A stretch of DNA of 64,000 bases from Guillardia theta CCMP2712 (GCF_000315625.1 NW_005434596.1:107173-171172), one strand, 5' to 3'; positions 28,001-45,045 are shown, numbered from the stretch's first letter. Numbers and translations: made by a program. The notes: generated by a model not told the origin, from the sequence alone.

Positions 28001-29832
28001 GGCTTCTTGCCCTAAATGCATTGACGGCTGCGATGGCGCTCTTGCGATCTTTGAAGACAACGAAGGCTGAAGGGACGGTAAGAGCATCGAGTTCCAGCCG
28101 CACTCCTTGTACCTGTCCCTGTTCCCATCCTCTCTTTCTTCCTCTGCAGCGCGTTCATCTGCATAATTTCAAGTGAGCCCCTTAAAAGGCGACGCAAATC
28201 GCTCCACCTCCTCCTCAGCCTTCTTAAGATCCCCTTCTAGGTGGTCGATGGCGTCGACCCATTCCCCCATGTACATGAAGGAGAAAAATCCAGTCTGGAG
28301 CACAAACACAGGACGTTTACTGCCCATGAAGTCATGGATTGCATGCCGACCTGCATCTGCGGTCGAGTCCCGTCGTTCTCCGCCTGCTGCTTGTACCTGG
28401 CCAGCTGTATAGGTCGAGCTAAGACCAGCCGCTGCGGCAAAGGGCACAGAGGTAGAGGTAGAGGTAGACCTTCTTGTGGAGGACACGATGATTCTCCACC
28501 AGATCCACCTGCATCGATGGCGTCAGGACCAACGGCAGGTGCCCAAACCTCCAACGCACCAGGTCCGTCACGTCAAGGGAGACAGACACGTCCAGGACCT
28601 GACAGGAGCGATCTTCAAACTCCAAGAGCATCGAGGGCATACATCCACAACCTTCCCTTGCGTGTCCGGGCAGGCGTCGAACATGGTTCGCAGCTCCTCC
28701 TGCCTCACCGGAGGGATCAATCTCAGGCCCTGCAGATAGGTCATGTCCTGCTGGGCGAGATTTCACAGCTGTTCAAGACCTGGATTTCGACAGTGTACGC
28801 CTGTAAAGCGCAAACGCGTCTTAGATAATTGCAAGCACTCACTCACTCTCCTGTTCTTACCTGAACAGGAGGAATGGCTCCTTCGCCATACTCTCCCTGC
28901 CGATCACACGTCAGCTTGTGTTCAAATATGGAGGATGTGACAGAAAGACCTTGGCGTTAGCAACCATCCTCGTTCGGAGGAAGTACACGATAGCGCACAG
29001 GCTTCCTGTGGTCCAGACTAATCACACATCCTCACCAGGCAAGGTCTGAACAACCGGCCAAGAAAACAGCGACCATGGTATGAAACAGAAGCGCGCTGGA
29101 GGGCGAAGCGAATCCGTTGGAGGTTGTGATGACGAATGAATCCAGCGGATACCAAGACTGAGCAGCGACACACTGGTCACTGGCATCGCCTGAATGACAG
29201 GAGGCACTGTCCTGACCTTCTTGGTTGTGAGGAGATTCATCGGAACGAGCACAGCAACCCCTAGGAATGCAATGACCTGTCATGCACGTTCAGCCCATCA
29301 GCGCAGCATGCAGAGGCGTTACAGAGAAGAAGACAGTCATGCTCCAGGTGAAGTCGAGGTACAGACGAGCCTCCAGCCCGGCAAGATGATGGACAGTATC
29401 GTCGTCAGCCTGCCGACATGTGAGAAAAGCACTCCCACCATCTCCCGTCACACCTGCGCAGTATCGACTAGGAAGGGGACGGGGTCAGCCACGAAGGTGC
29501 CAAGTTCCTGCAAGCAGAAGTTCAAGAGAGCATGCAGTCAAACTCGATGCTCCTCTTGCTTCACCCACCTGACAGCAACCCTCGTCCACCACGTCCTCTT
29601 CGCTCCCCGAGACAGCTTTGTCCTCTGAGGACGCCAGCGGTCTTCTCTCAGGGTTTCTCCTTCTCCTGTGTGGAGGGTTGAGCTGTGCTGCTCATTGAGG
29701 GAGAGGGCAAGGACACCTGTAGTTCCTCGCGGCGAAGAAGCATGCGGCAGCGAAAATCAAGAAGTAGAGTACAAGGTGAAGACCGAAGTTGATCATGACC
29801 GAATGCCATGAGCCGCCCCATGGACCGATCAT
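25014..29832 (-). CDS. OSCA/TMEM63 (CSC1-like) mechano/osmosensitive cation channel, many exons
   Basis: Family motifs in order across exons: INFGLHLVLYFLIF; DDDTVHHLAGLEARLYLDF; FLGVAVLVPMN; YTVEIQGL; VDAIDHLE; SAFVVFKDRKSA; PEDVFWRNL; IFFFMVSNLLLVPAL; EFDFAFFYSSM; MFAVTVPLILPFIAGFLVLRYYTDKWQ. No single ORF shows this. The 3' end is approximate. Confidence 0.82.
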
Positions 29833-30443
29833 GGTGATAGCTTGAGACTTGGAGGACAGTTGAGCTCAAGTGCGTCTTGATAGAGGTGCTAAGACAGGCG
29901 CTTCACTGCCGGCCTTGCTCCATCGCTAGCACAAGCCGGAATTAGAACAAAGCACTCACGCACGTCATGGTGCCCTCTCAGACATATCTTGACACCCATG
30001 TCTCACAGCTATGACCTCTCTCTCCTCTCCTCCTCTCCTCCTCTCTTCTTCTCTCCTCTCCTCCTCTCTTCTCTCCTCCATTCTTTCATTGCCCTACAAT
30101 TCCAGCATCTTCTATTTGCCTATCCTGCCTGCCATCGAAAAGGCGCTGACAACCCAACCCGTATGACCCCACTAGTAAATGTTTGACCCCTCCATTTCAC
30201 AAGAAGGGTGCTATAATCGTATGGGTGTAACTACCACCCCACCCTTCGGAAGCAAGCGTGTTTGTGGGAGCATCGAAAATGAATCAGGCAGAGGCGAGGG
30301 GGAAAGGATGGAGGGGAACAGGGAGGAGAGGAGAGGGGAGAATGCAGCGAGAGGAGAGGAGCCAGGAGCAAGATGTTGAGGCTACGACTTTGGCCAGGAG
30401 CAGGATGCAGAGTCGTGTCCACTGACATGCTTGCAGGACCGGC

Positions 30444-34817
<4,374 letters not shown>

Positions 34818-35115
34818 AGAGAAGAGAGAAATCAAGCAGAGCAGAGTCAAGGAGGAGGGAGAGGAGGAAGAGGAGGGAGTTGGAGAGGAGGTAGCAGTGG
34901 AGGAGAGGACCCGCAGGAGCAGGAACTCTGAGGGGGAACAGTGGGAACAAAAAGAGGAGCAGGGTGATGTTGGATAAGGAGGATGGAGGAGGAGGAGGAG
35001 GATGGCAGGGAGGATAAGGGCATAAAGGTTGGGGAGGCGAGGGAAGGAGGTGGAGGGTTTCATTGTAGACAGGAGGAGGGGGTTTCTATTCTTTGATTTG
35101 TTTGTAAATTTTCAT

Positions 35116-36615
35116 TCAGTCAGCTCCTCGACCGAGGTGACGATCTTCGTCTGAACATCGTGCCTCCTCTCCTCCTCTCCACCCTTGCCCGCCGTCTCCT
35201 CCTCCTCCTTGTGCTCCTTCTTCGGAGTCTCTTGCCGTCCGGGTCTTCCTGCTGGGGCCGTCAGGCATCCAAGGTAAAGAAAGCAACATGTCACCTAGCT
35301 TTGCCATCCTGTGCACATCATACTTGTAGATTGCCTGCATACCACCATGAATTTCGTTCTTGTCTTCTCCTCTCCTCCCCTCCCCTCCCCTCCCCTCTGC
35401 TCTCCTGCCTCCCTCCCTCCCCTCTCATTCCATCCATTCTTCCTTTCCCCTACCTTGCTAACTGTCTATGCATACATCTTCCTCCAGCACCACCACCTCG
35501 CCACCATCACATCTCCCCCACCCTCACATTCGCCTCCTCCTCCTCCTCCTCCTCCTCCTCCTCTCACTCTCGCGTCATCGGCTGTTCCCGTCAGCTCATC
35601 GTCGTCAAAGTGCAACTTGGTGAGGGATGGGATGTCGTACTTCTGTCCTCCCAGCGCCTGCAGCTGCTCTGAGCGGGGCAGACTAGAGAAGGAAGCGGGG
35701 GAAAGGGGGGGGGCGACAGGAGATGAGGACAGGAGGGAGGGAAAGAAGGAGAGGAGGTAGAGGAGGAAGGGCGAGGGCGAGGGCGAGGGCGGGGTCGAAA
35801 GAGGGAAGAGTAGGAGAGGGAGAGGGAGAGGAAGAGAGAAGCGAAGGAGAAGAGAAGGGGGAGGGGGAGCGGGAGAGAGGCGGAGAAGGAGAGGGAAAGG
35901 GAGAGGGAGAGGGAGAGGCAGCAGTAGGAGGGAAGTAGCGACCTTTTCTTGGAGGAGAGAGCCTCTGAATGTTGCTGCTGTCTTGTTTCTGCTCTTGTAA
36001 GAGACCTTGGCGCTGATCGCCAGCTCCGGTCGGGCAACCCACTCCCTTGCGAATGCTCGTTCCATGTCGGTCTGCCAGCAGATCAGCGGGAGAAGAAGCA
36101 GGAGGAAGAGGGAATCGAGCTGGCGATGGTGATGATGAAATCGGGAGGAGGAGGAGGAGGAGGAGGAGGAGGAAAGGGAGGAGGAGGAGGGGGGGGAAGG
36201 GGAGGAGGAGGAGGAGGAGGTTTGCCGCTGGAGAACTGCATCTCACCGACAAATTCTTCAAGTTCTGCATCAAAACGTCCTTGGCGTTGACGTAGGACTT
36301 CTCGAAGGTCGATCGAATGCCAGTAATCTGGTCGGAGAGAGGACCAAAAGGAGAGTTTGAAGGAGGGGGCGATCAAGGGACGGGGGAGATGGGCAGGGAG
36401 GAGGGGAAGAAGAAGGAGAGGGGGAAAGAGTGAAGGACAAATACAACCATGATCAATATCAATCTCATCGTAAGTCACCTCACCTTCTCGTCTACATTCC
36501 GTTTCTCCTGGGCGATTTTTTGCTCGAGTTGTTTGCGTCTCACTTCCTGCTCGCCCAAGTCAAACCCGCGGATCAAAACATTTCTCAATGACATGGTCAA
36601 CTTCATCTTCAATAT

Positions 36616-36647
<32 letters not shown>

Positions 36648-37995
36648 CTACATTACGTCATTTCGACACAAGGCTGATTCGAGTGCCTCCAACACCCCCC
36701 CCCAGGTCTCACCTGCTTGTCAAGAATACTTTTCTTCCAACTTTCCTCCTCCTGCATTTTTCCAGCCTGCAAACATTCACGATATCAGCAGGAGATGAAT
36801 GAAGATCAGTAGATCAGGACAGCAAGCAGTGAACTACAACAGTAAAGTAATAGTAAAGTAACATTTGAATTCATTATGAAAAGGTGAAAGGACCAAAAAG
36901 ATGGTAACGATGATGATCATGAATATCGGGATAGAGTTAAGATTTGAGAAAGGTACTTTCACTTACCTCGACTCTCTTGTGTAGCAGCAGCACATCATTG
37001 TACATCTCAGCCTGGAAGCACATCAAGGTGAGCTGAACAACGAATCCCCTCCCACTCAACCTGCGCGAGTTTCTTCCCCTGTTTGATCATGTCTCGTATG
37101 AGAGGGGAGAACTTCACAGGAGGGATCTGATGGCACAGTCTCAGCTCCTCCTCCTCCCTCCACCATTTCCCTCACCCTCTCCGCCGCCACGTGCTCCTCG
37201 AAGTGATGACGCTGCGCTTCAGCCTTCTCCTGCGGTGAACCAGTGGGGATGAGGAGGGGGTGGCAGGAGGCAGCAGCATCGTTACATTGACAGCCTCCAG
37301 CAGGCTTGCACAGTGAGTCTCCATCTCCTTCCGCTTGTGAAGCCACTCCTCTTCGAACTCCTGACAAGACAAGGCCATCAGTATCCATGCTGGAGGGGCA
37401 GGTGGCTGGTTCCAATAGCAGCAGGTCACGGGGGCCACCCAAACACCCGCTAGAGGACGAAACGCTCGAGGCGAGGTCACGATGTGATGCCATGGAGAAG
37501 CGAGCGGGCAGGCAAGGCATGCGCATGATTCCTACCTGCATCTTGATCCCTAGCGAACGGTTCAGCATCTTGGTTTCAGACTGAGAGCACCAAGGGGTCA
37601 GTTCACGTTGCCAGTGAAACTGTTAGAAGCTTCTGCACCTCCTGCCGGCTCTTCTCGTCTGCACGCAGGATTTCCATCATCTTCTTCTCGCGCTCAGTCG
37701 CTTCCAACGCCTTCTTCTCGGCATTCATGTAGAACCGCACTATCCACAATTGGTTCACATTAGCATAGGGAGGTAGGGGGCGGAAGGACAGAACTGACCA
37801 GCCTCTCTTGATCCTTCTGTCTCGAAGCCCTTCACCGAAGAAGCATGCGCTTCCTTCCTGATCACCCGCCTAGAAAACCCGCAGGTCATTCACGGGCTAA
37901 CGTCACAAGCTTTTTTCCTCTACTTACACAGAAGGGTCTCGCCCACCATCCGGTCGGATGGTCCTCCTGCTGTAGGTCAAGTGCTTCTTCTCCAT
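35116..37995 (-). CDS. Hypothetical coiled-coil protein, multi-exon
   Basis: Exons MEKKHLTYSRR, FYMNAEKKALEATEREKKMMEILRADE, EFEEEWLHKRKEMETHC, LREVLRQRQGRFDAELEEF and ERAFAREWVARPEL. Confidence 0.5.
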
Positions 37996-38139
37996 CGTTC
38001 TGCTGCCTGTAGCGCCTTGTTGTATCACCCCTGTCTCCCTCCCTTCCTTCCCTCCCCTCTCTCTCCCCTCTCTCTTCCCTTTCTCGTCTTGCCTTTCAAC
38101 GGCTGACGCTTGCTGAGTGACCCTCATCCCCGCTTAACA

Positions 38140-38315
38140 GCTGAGTCACAGCCGCCCGGGCTGCCGCCCGGGCCCCGGCGGCCTGCGGCCGGGCCGCCGT
38201 GCCGGTTCCCCCCGGGCTACCCGGCGGCCCGCCGGTGCGCCGGCCCTGGCAGCCGGCCGCGGCTGAGGCTGAGCCTCGGAGTGAGGTCCGACGGTCCTGC
38301 GAGCTACCGTACCGT
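38140..38315. promoter_or_regulatory. GC-only palindromic tract upstream of a gene start
   Basis: Long nearly A/T-free CCGG/GGCC-rich stretch. Similar tracts at about 44990-45045, 45940-46020, 55940-55985 and 58135-58175. Confidence 0.45.
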
Positions 38316-38758
38316 GCCGCAAGTAAATATATAAACTGAGAAATATAATAGATATATCTCGTGTGCATACTGACCGTACTATTGCACTGAATGCATATAT
38401 GTAGAAATGGGAAAAAGAAGTACAAACTAGCAATAGTATGTGGTCGACAGAACTTCATCTGTTGGTACGATCATTATGGGTGGGGTACATTTTATATGCA
38501 TCTTCCGTAGTGATAGTATGGTGGGGGAGATATAATCCTACATGGATCGGGTGGGTACACAATCCCACAAACTCCTTTATCTTCAACCTACCCCCACTTC
38601 CCCCCTCCAAGTACCCATCCCTCCCTCATACACAGTACTCGATACTCGCGAACACCGGTTCATTTCCCTGTGCTTTGACCCCTACTTACCTACCAATAAC
38701 CCCTTCCCTCTTTTTAAAACTCCCCCAAGAGTTGGAGCACGAGTGTACAAACCTGTTC

Positions 38759-39337
38759 ATGCTGACAGAGCTGCTGAGGAGAATCCTGCTGTTGTTCCGT
38801 GCTGATCACAGCTTAAGGGATCCCCCACAAGAGCAGCTGGTTGAAGGATACCTAGCAGTGTATCCTGATCACGATCAGCACGATCTTCCCGAAGATCAGC
38901 TGGTCGAGGGTTATGTAGTCCTGCCTGACTACCAGGAGGATGGTCAACTGGCCACCTCCTCTGACCCAGAGCCTCAGGAAGAGAATCAAGAAGATGATGA
39001 TTCTCCTTCAACAGACGATGAGGACGAGGCAGGCAGTAATGCAGAGTCTGACGACGTTGCCCAAGGGCAACCCGTCCCCATGGTGGTGCAGGCTCCCCAG
39101 CCGCCCATGGCGGTGCCACCGCAGGCTCCCCAGCCGCCCATGGCGGTGCCACCGCAGGCTCCCCAGCCGCCCATGGCGGTGCCACCGCAGGCTCCCCAGC
39201 CGCCCATGGCGGTGCCACCGCAGGCTCCACAGCCTCATATCATAGGAGTCTGTGTGACGACAGGAAACCCTTGCAGTAGATGCGTGCATCATCACGGATG
39301 TCGATGGGCAAGGCAAGGGAGGCCTGGGCATATTTGA
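38759..39337 (+). CDS. Orphan intronless acidic/Pro-rich protein with a C-terminal Cys/His cluster
   Basis: ORF 38438..39337, with the second ATG (38759) taken as the probable start. Duplicated QLVEGY, acidic linker, (QAPQPPMAVPP)4 and CVTTGNPCSRCVHHHGCRWARQGRPGH. AATAAA at about 39401. Confidence 0.55.
   Translation: MLTELLRRILLLFRADHSLRDPPQEQLVEGYLAVYPDHDQHDLPEDQLVEGYVVLPDYQEDGQLATSSDPEPQEENQEDDDSPSTDDEDEAGSNAESDDVAQGQPVPMVVQAPQPPMAVPPQAPQPPMAVPPQAPQPPMAVPPQAPQPPMAVPPQAPQPHIIGVCVTTGNPCSRCVHHHGCRWARQGRPGHI
39088..39234 (+). repeat. Perfect 33-bp coding minisatellite, about 4.4 units
   Basis: GCAGGCTCCCCAGCCGCCCATGGCGGTGCCACC at 39088, 39121, 39154 and 39187, partial at 39220. Confidence 0.95.
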
Positions 39338-39582
39338 GCATGTGCCAATGAGCTCCTTGTCTTGTTTTCGTGTGGTTGAGCTGCATGAAAAAGTATCATT
39401 AATAAACCTAACTAACATAAAAGACTCTCTGTCTGCATCAGTGAGGTTTGTTCATATTAATTCAAAGCATGTCAGTCTCAAAGTTTTAGCGTCTTTGTGT
39501 AAATCCTGATGGTCTCAGTCTTGCTTACGCATTTCTCTCCAGCAACGTTTTCTTCCCTAATCTCCTCTTCTACCTCTTTCAC

Positions 39583-41060
39583 CTAAAAAGAGGCAGCCAG
39601 AGCGTCACCTGACCATCCTTTGCATTCTCCTTTGTATGGACTACGTTCCCAATCGCTGCCATCGCCAGGTCCGCGACTCGCGAGCAGCAGAGAACTCGAG
39701 TGCTTGTTTCCCATGTTCAAGATCTTGCCCAGTTGTCCCGTGCCATCCCGCCACGTCAACAGAGGTAGTCTCATCTCTCCTATCGAAGCTGGCGTTCTCT
39801 GAAGCCACTGTCGAAGCCGAAGTCTTGATGCCAACGCATGTGAGGACTTGGGCTTGGCTGAGGCTGAGAAAGGACGCTTGGTCCTTACGGGGATCTGGCT
39901 GGTGGAGGACTCTGCCTGATCGGAACTGATGGGGACAAGTGAGTCGAGCACAGTAGTCTATGATGTTGCAACCTATCAAACAGCCCATGTCCAAACTCGT
40001 TCCGAAGTTCCACCTTGCAAACGTTGAGGACTGCAGCTCCTCCTCTTGCTCCTGCCACTTTGCCGTCAGCCACCCGGGCAATTGTTTCGAAGCAGACGAG
40101 CCTGTTGCTCATTAAAAATCATCTTTGCCTTTGCTCTTGCTCTGCAGCAATGCAGGAGGTGAGGAAGCACAAGTCAGATCAGATCAGGCAGCGATAAGCA
40201 GGAGCCGGAACAAGTACGCACTTGGGGCTCAGCAAGCTTAGAGCTGCTTTTTGCTTCCCCCTCAACATCAACCTTCGCATCTATCCAAGGGAGTGATGAG
40301 CAAATTTTTATGTGCGGGGAAAGCACCAAGCAAACAACTACCTTGATATCGTTCATGGGAAGGACCAACCCGATGGAGTGCATAGCATCTAAGTTTGTCT
40401 TTTTGTCCTTCTCCTTCATTCTTTATCCACCAGCATGAGATGGAGCAGCGAGTTGAGCTTCCCTCCCCCTCTTCCCCTCTCTCCTCTCCTCAAATCTTTC
40501 AATATCATCTTGATCTCGAGCAACTCATCGACTGCCTGCCTTGAGAATCAGCGATGCACAATTCAACCAATACCAGGACGGGCGGCGGCCCTGCCGCGGG
40601 CTACTTACTGGAACGCGGTCATCAAGGTCTTGCGGCAACTTGAAGTTCTACCCGTCATCATCATGTCACATGTTTTTGACAATGATGGGATACCGGACCT
40701 TGCTCGGAGTAAACTGCAAGCAGCAGCACAGAGGAAGATCCGAGGGCATCGTAACGCATATGCATAGCACGTCCCGCCAAAGGCCTTTCTTCCCATCGTC
40801 GCCTGCACTGATGGACTCTTGCAGGATGATGCGTTGCACTTTCTGTGCTTGCTGGCGGATCGCTCGGCGAACAGGGAAACGGCAGCGCTGGATGGTCTCT
40901 CGGCCTCGCAAGACATCTCAGGTGATCCGAATTGCAAACGCATCCGGTCCAGGATCTTTCGTCAGCTCAAGGCCTCCCTGTCCTTCGCTGCCATCATCGC
41001 GGGTGCATTCCGGTATGCGTCTCATTCCTTCGGCGGCGGCCACAGCGACGTCGCTGGCAT
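39583..41060 (-). CDS. Possible hypothetical multi-exon gene
   Basis: Coding-like segments with short-intron splice signals. No family recognised. Confidence 0.25.
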
Positions 41061-41193
41061 GGCGCGGGGGAATTGTCCTGCGCGCAGTAAAGTGAAGGTA
41101 TCAGTTAAGTTTGGGGGACAGCAGTTGCAGGATTAGGTTTGGTTCTCGCTGTCTTTTCGCTTCTCGCCGTTTGGCAGCGTGCGAAAAGATTGT

Positions 41194-41224
41194 CCTCGTA
41201 CTGAACTTTAACTTAACTTTGAGT
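41194..41224 (+). repeat. 31-bp conserved intergenic motif, copy 1
   Basis: CCTCGTACTGAACTTTAACTTAACTTTGAGT. Confidence 0.85.
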
Positions 41225-41704
41225 GAAGAGTGACCTGAGTCCGAGACTTGTTTACTACTGACTCGCCGCTGGGAGCAAACTTTGAGACTAGTCACGCCCA
41301 GGGGCCAGTCAACTTTACTCAGTGTAGGAGTAAACCGGCTGACAGTACTGTCGGGGAACGTACCACCCGGACCTCTGCAGGACCCCCGCAACTCAGTAAA
41401 CTGACCCCGTCCTTGCACCTTGGGAATCACTTTACTGCAGGCTGAAATCCTTGCATTTCAATAGTTACGATCCTGTGAGCTCCTCGACCAACCTGTGTCT
41501 CAATATCCTCTGTTCTCCTCCTCACTGACCCTGCTTCCTGCAGAGCTGCTGCTCTCCGGGCCCTGCTCTCCCTGCTCTCCCTGCTCTCCCTGCTCTCCCT
41601 GCTCGACCTGCTCGACCTCCTGCTTTGCTTGCATATGTCCTGTATTACCATATACACTTCTAAGTGACCTCTCATCCTGTAACCTCACACCAACCCATTC
41701 AACC

Positions 41705-42248
41705 ATGCCGTCACAACCTTTGCGTCACGATCTTTGCGCTCTTGATGTGTGGTGGTGACCTTGGTATCAGGCACATGCGGCCAAGAGGAGCAAGCTTTTC
41801 GATCCACAAGGTCAGCGAGTGGCTCGGCCAAGATCAGCTCTCCTCTCCTGATATGGAAGAAGCCCATCGGCATCAGCGCCACAGACGTACTCAGAAGCGT
41901 GAAAGAAGGAAGGAAAAAGCCAGCCACAACTCGTGCTCGTCGTTCACTCCCGGCGATGCAAAGCTCGAAGACGTCAAACTGTCGCTGGCAGACGAGGAAA
42001 GAGAGGTCAACCTGACCGCCTTGTTTGCGCTCGTGGGGAATCTGATCGCGAACCATGTGAACGACAAGGTGGACCATAAACATGAGGTACAGGACGTGGC
42101 GTCAAGTCAGTGCGATGCGGGGGGAATGAAGCTCCGGCCGTGGGAGCGAGAAGTTGAATATGCATCGTCACGAGCTCGCGACATCTCAAGGCAGTTGCAG
42201 CTCGAGAGGACACAAGTGGTTGAACGGAGCAAACTATTCCATTACTAA
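41705..42248 (+). CDS. Hypothetical protein
   Basis: ORF 41664..42248 is coding-like (KLEDVKLSLADEEREVNLTALFALVGNLI). Structure uncertain. Confidence 0.3.
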
Positions 42249-42516
42249 TAGATATTTGTGATAGCTGTCACACTCATGGCTGGTAGAGCCGTTCATTTCC
42301 TTCACTCGCTGTGACTGGCTGCGTGTCTCCGGGTGTCAATCTACTATGATCGCACGCACTGAGTCACGAACGGCTGGCATCGTCGAAGACCGCCGGATCA
42401 CCGGATCCTTCCGATCGGTTCTGACTGAATTCGATAATCAGGAGTTGCAACTCAGATTCACCGCCGTGGTTGCAGTGACTGAACCAGAGTCGGACGTTCC
42501 TAGACGATCCACCGTT

Positions 42517-43333
42517 CTACGGTATCGGACATGGCGGCATCATGCGAGCAGTAGTATCGCTCGAGACATCCAGGTTCTTGTTCCCAGAAGATTTCTTGTA
42601 CCTAACAACGCACATCATCTGCAAGCAGCGCATAAATCGAAGTACCCCAAGACCTTTGCTGCCTTCTTCTGCTCCTCTGTCAACCCGTTCCAACTGAGAA
42701 GGTCGAGAGGTCACGAGCTCTTCAGGGGAGACTACTACCGAACGAAGAAGCAAATGATAAGTCCACCTTCGCTCGTAGATATGTCCACAAAGACATCCTC
42801 GTCCCAGAATTTTTGGTTGAATTCAAGAATGGCGTCAAGTGCTAGAATCGACCATGTGTACTCATCGGTTACAAGCTCAGACCGTACACATGTTTACCGT
42901 CATTGAGCACTAGCTAGGACTCGACATACCACCATGAAATAAGCAACGCTGGCAGATCAGTGGCACTCACAAGTCTTAACCGCGCGGCAAGCAGGGGTAC
43001 ATAAACAAAACTAGCTTCATCGTTGCGATGGAGTCTGTTCACTCCTGTTACGGCTGTGAGGCCGGGAGTGCCACGGTCACTGTCCGACCGGAGGACCCGC
43101 CCGTCCATGTCATCGAGTCGGGACTTGCTGCTTTTATCTTGACGAGGTGGATTTGGGGTGGCGTGTTTGAGGATTTCAAAGAGGCTGCAAATTTGAGCAG
43201 ACATGAGATGTTCACCGAACATACTCTTGGGTCATTCCTGAGATCATCGAATATAGAGGTGATGATCCTTGAGGAGTGCTTCGTACAGTTCGTCAATCTC
43301 ACGAAAAATCGTTTGATAAGCGAAGAGCATCAT
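42517..43333 (-). CDS. Small hypothetical protein with a W-x-x-L-T-x-x-Q-x-x-A-A-x-x-L-G-Y type repeat
   Basis: WNGLTEEQKKAAKVLGY preceded by ILEFNQKFWDED. Exon structure uncertain. Confidence 0.3.
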
Positions 43334-43379
43334 TTCATCAGCGGCTGTCATGTCTGCACAAATAAAGGCTCTTGATTAT

Positions 43380-43410
43380 CCTCGTACTGATTTTTAACTT
43401 AACTTTGAGT
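43380..43410 (+). repeat. 31-bp conserved intergenic motif, copy 2
   Basis: CCTCGTACTGATTTTTAACTTAACTTTGAGT. It is followed by AAAAGTTAA, forming the hairpin TTAACTTT-GAGTA-AAAGTTAA. Confidence 0.9.
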
Positions 43411-44141
43411 AAAAGTTAATTGACGTAGTTCAAACTCGCCGGTTGCCACTTGCACTCTTGAATCACTGTCATGAAGTCAGCTACGAGTCAGGCCCGTCCG
43501 AACTTCGGAAGCCTCCGACGAGTCGGTGGCTCGACCGTTTCAACGGTCTCCCGACTGATTGCCCGCGTCTGATAAAACTCAGGCAGTGGCATTCTTTACA
43601 CAAAGTCACTGCCCGGCCGCACGTAGTAGTACTCCGGTATGCGTCCCCTGGGACGGTCATCCGAGAGGGCCAAACGACCGACGGTCATGGCACGATGAGT
43701 AAAAGACGGTGAGAACGGTGAGGTACCCGGTACATCGACAGAAGTATTGTACGGTGGGGGTGGCATGGTAGTCGGAAGGGGACAGCCACTGCAGCCCGCC
43801 AACCTGCAGTTCGACTGTTTTCCTGCAACTGCTGACCAAATCCCTTCCAAAACAGATTTCTTGGTATGCTCTTTGTTCTCAATCCCCGCGAAAAGTAGAG
43901 TATTGGACTTACGACTGTCATTGAGGATATCAAACATTTCAAAAACGGATCGTTTAAATAATAACAGATATATACACAAATCAAGACAGTCGACGACGGG
44001 GCCAAGGACGCAAGGCCACCGACAGAGTCAACCATCCGCCGAATGATTGAACGCACACGGAGAAACTCAGCTCCACACGTTTGCTAACAAAACCATCAAG
44101 TGTACTTGATTGTTCACACGATCCTTCTCAGTGATCTCACG

Positions 44142-44660
44142 ATGTCAGAATTCTTCAGTGAGGGGCAGGCTCCTTGTGAGAGTTGGAACTTCTCGTTGCT
44201 GGACAACATTGTTGAGAAAGAGGCGTACGCGGATGTCCCGATTGAAGATTTGGATTCCAAAGACGGGTTCAATTGTGGAGACATCTTTGAAGACAGCAGG
44301 CATTCTGAATCTGGAAGTATACAATCCAATGCCGATCATGATACTGAGGATTCAACTCTTGGAGTTGAGCATGGCGAATCCGAAGATGTTGTTATGGTTA
44401 GAACTAGAAAAGAAGGTCACTCTGAGACTATCATAAGGATAGACAAAACCATGCTTGAACAACATTTTCATGAGAAAATGGAAATTGCTGCAAAAAGTCT
44501 TGTGAGTTCCCTGAATATCATTTTCCCCTTGAAGTGCACTGATGAATCTGGGCAGGGTGTGGGCAAGTCAACGATGAAGCTTGTTTGCAGGAAACTTGGT
44601 GTATTGAAATGGCCGTATACAAGCAAAGGAGTCAGGAGAAATCGGAGGAAAGCAAAGTAG
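44142..44660 (+). CDS. RWP-RK domain transcription factor
   Basis: LEQHFHEKMEIAAKSL, a 54-nt intron (44502..44555), then GVGKSTMKLVCRKLGVLKWPY. Acidic N-terminus. Confidence 0.88.
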   Translation: MSEFFSEGQAPCESWNFSLLDNIVEKEAYADVPIEDLDSKDGFNCGDIFEDSRHSESGSIQSNADHDTEDSTLGVEHGESEDVVMVRTRKEGHSETIIRIDKTMLEQHFHEKMEIAAKSLVSSLNIIFPLKCTDESGQGVGKSTMKLVCRKLGVLKWPYTSKGVRRNRRKAK

Positions 44661-45045
44661 ACTCCCCGAGGTTGAAATTTTGAAATTGTTTCAGTGATGG
44701 ATTGACAGTGTGAAACTTGTTCTGTAATATCGTTGCTTCTTGTGATAAGATCATCGGATGCAGACTTTGTACATTTGAAGTAGTCTCTCTCTGCTTTGCA
44801 ATACAAGCCAATTTGTTACCATTGATAGTATAGAGATGGTCACCCGCATTGTTATTGTGCTGGGATCTGCTGTGACAGGCACTGCGGCACACTGTGGCCA
44901 GGCACTGTACAGTCAGGCTCTCTGCCACTCACCGTCCGGGTGGGGGTCCGGCTGGGCCGACCGACTCCCTCAATCATTGAATCATGATACTGGCCGTACC
45001 GGCGGGCCGCGCCCCGGGGCGGCGGGGGCCCGGCCGCGCGGCGGC

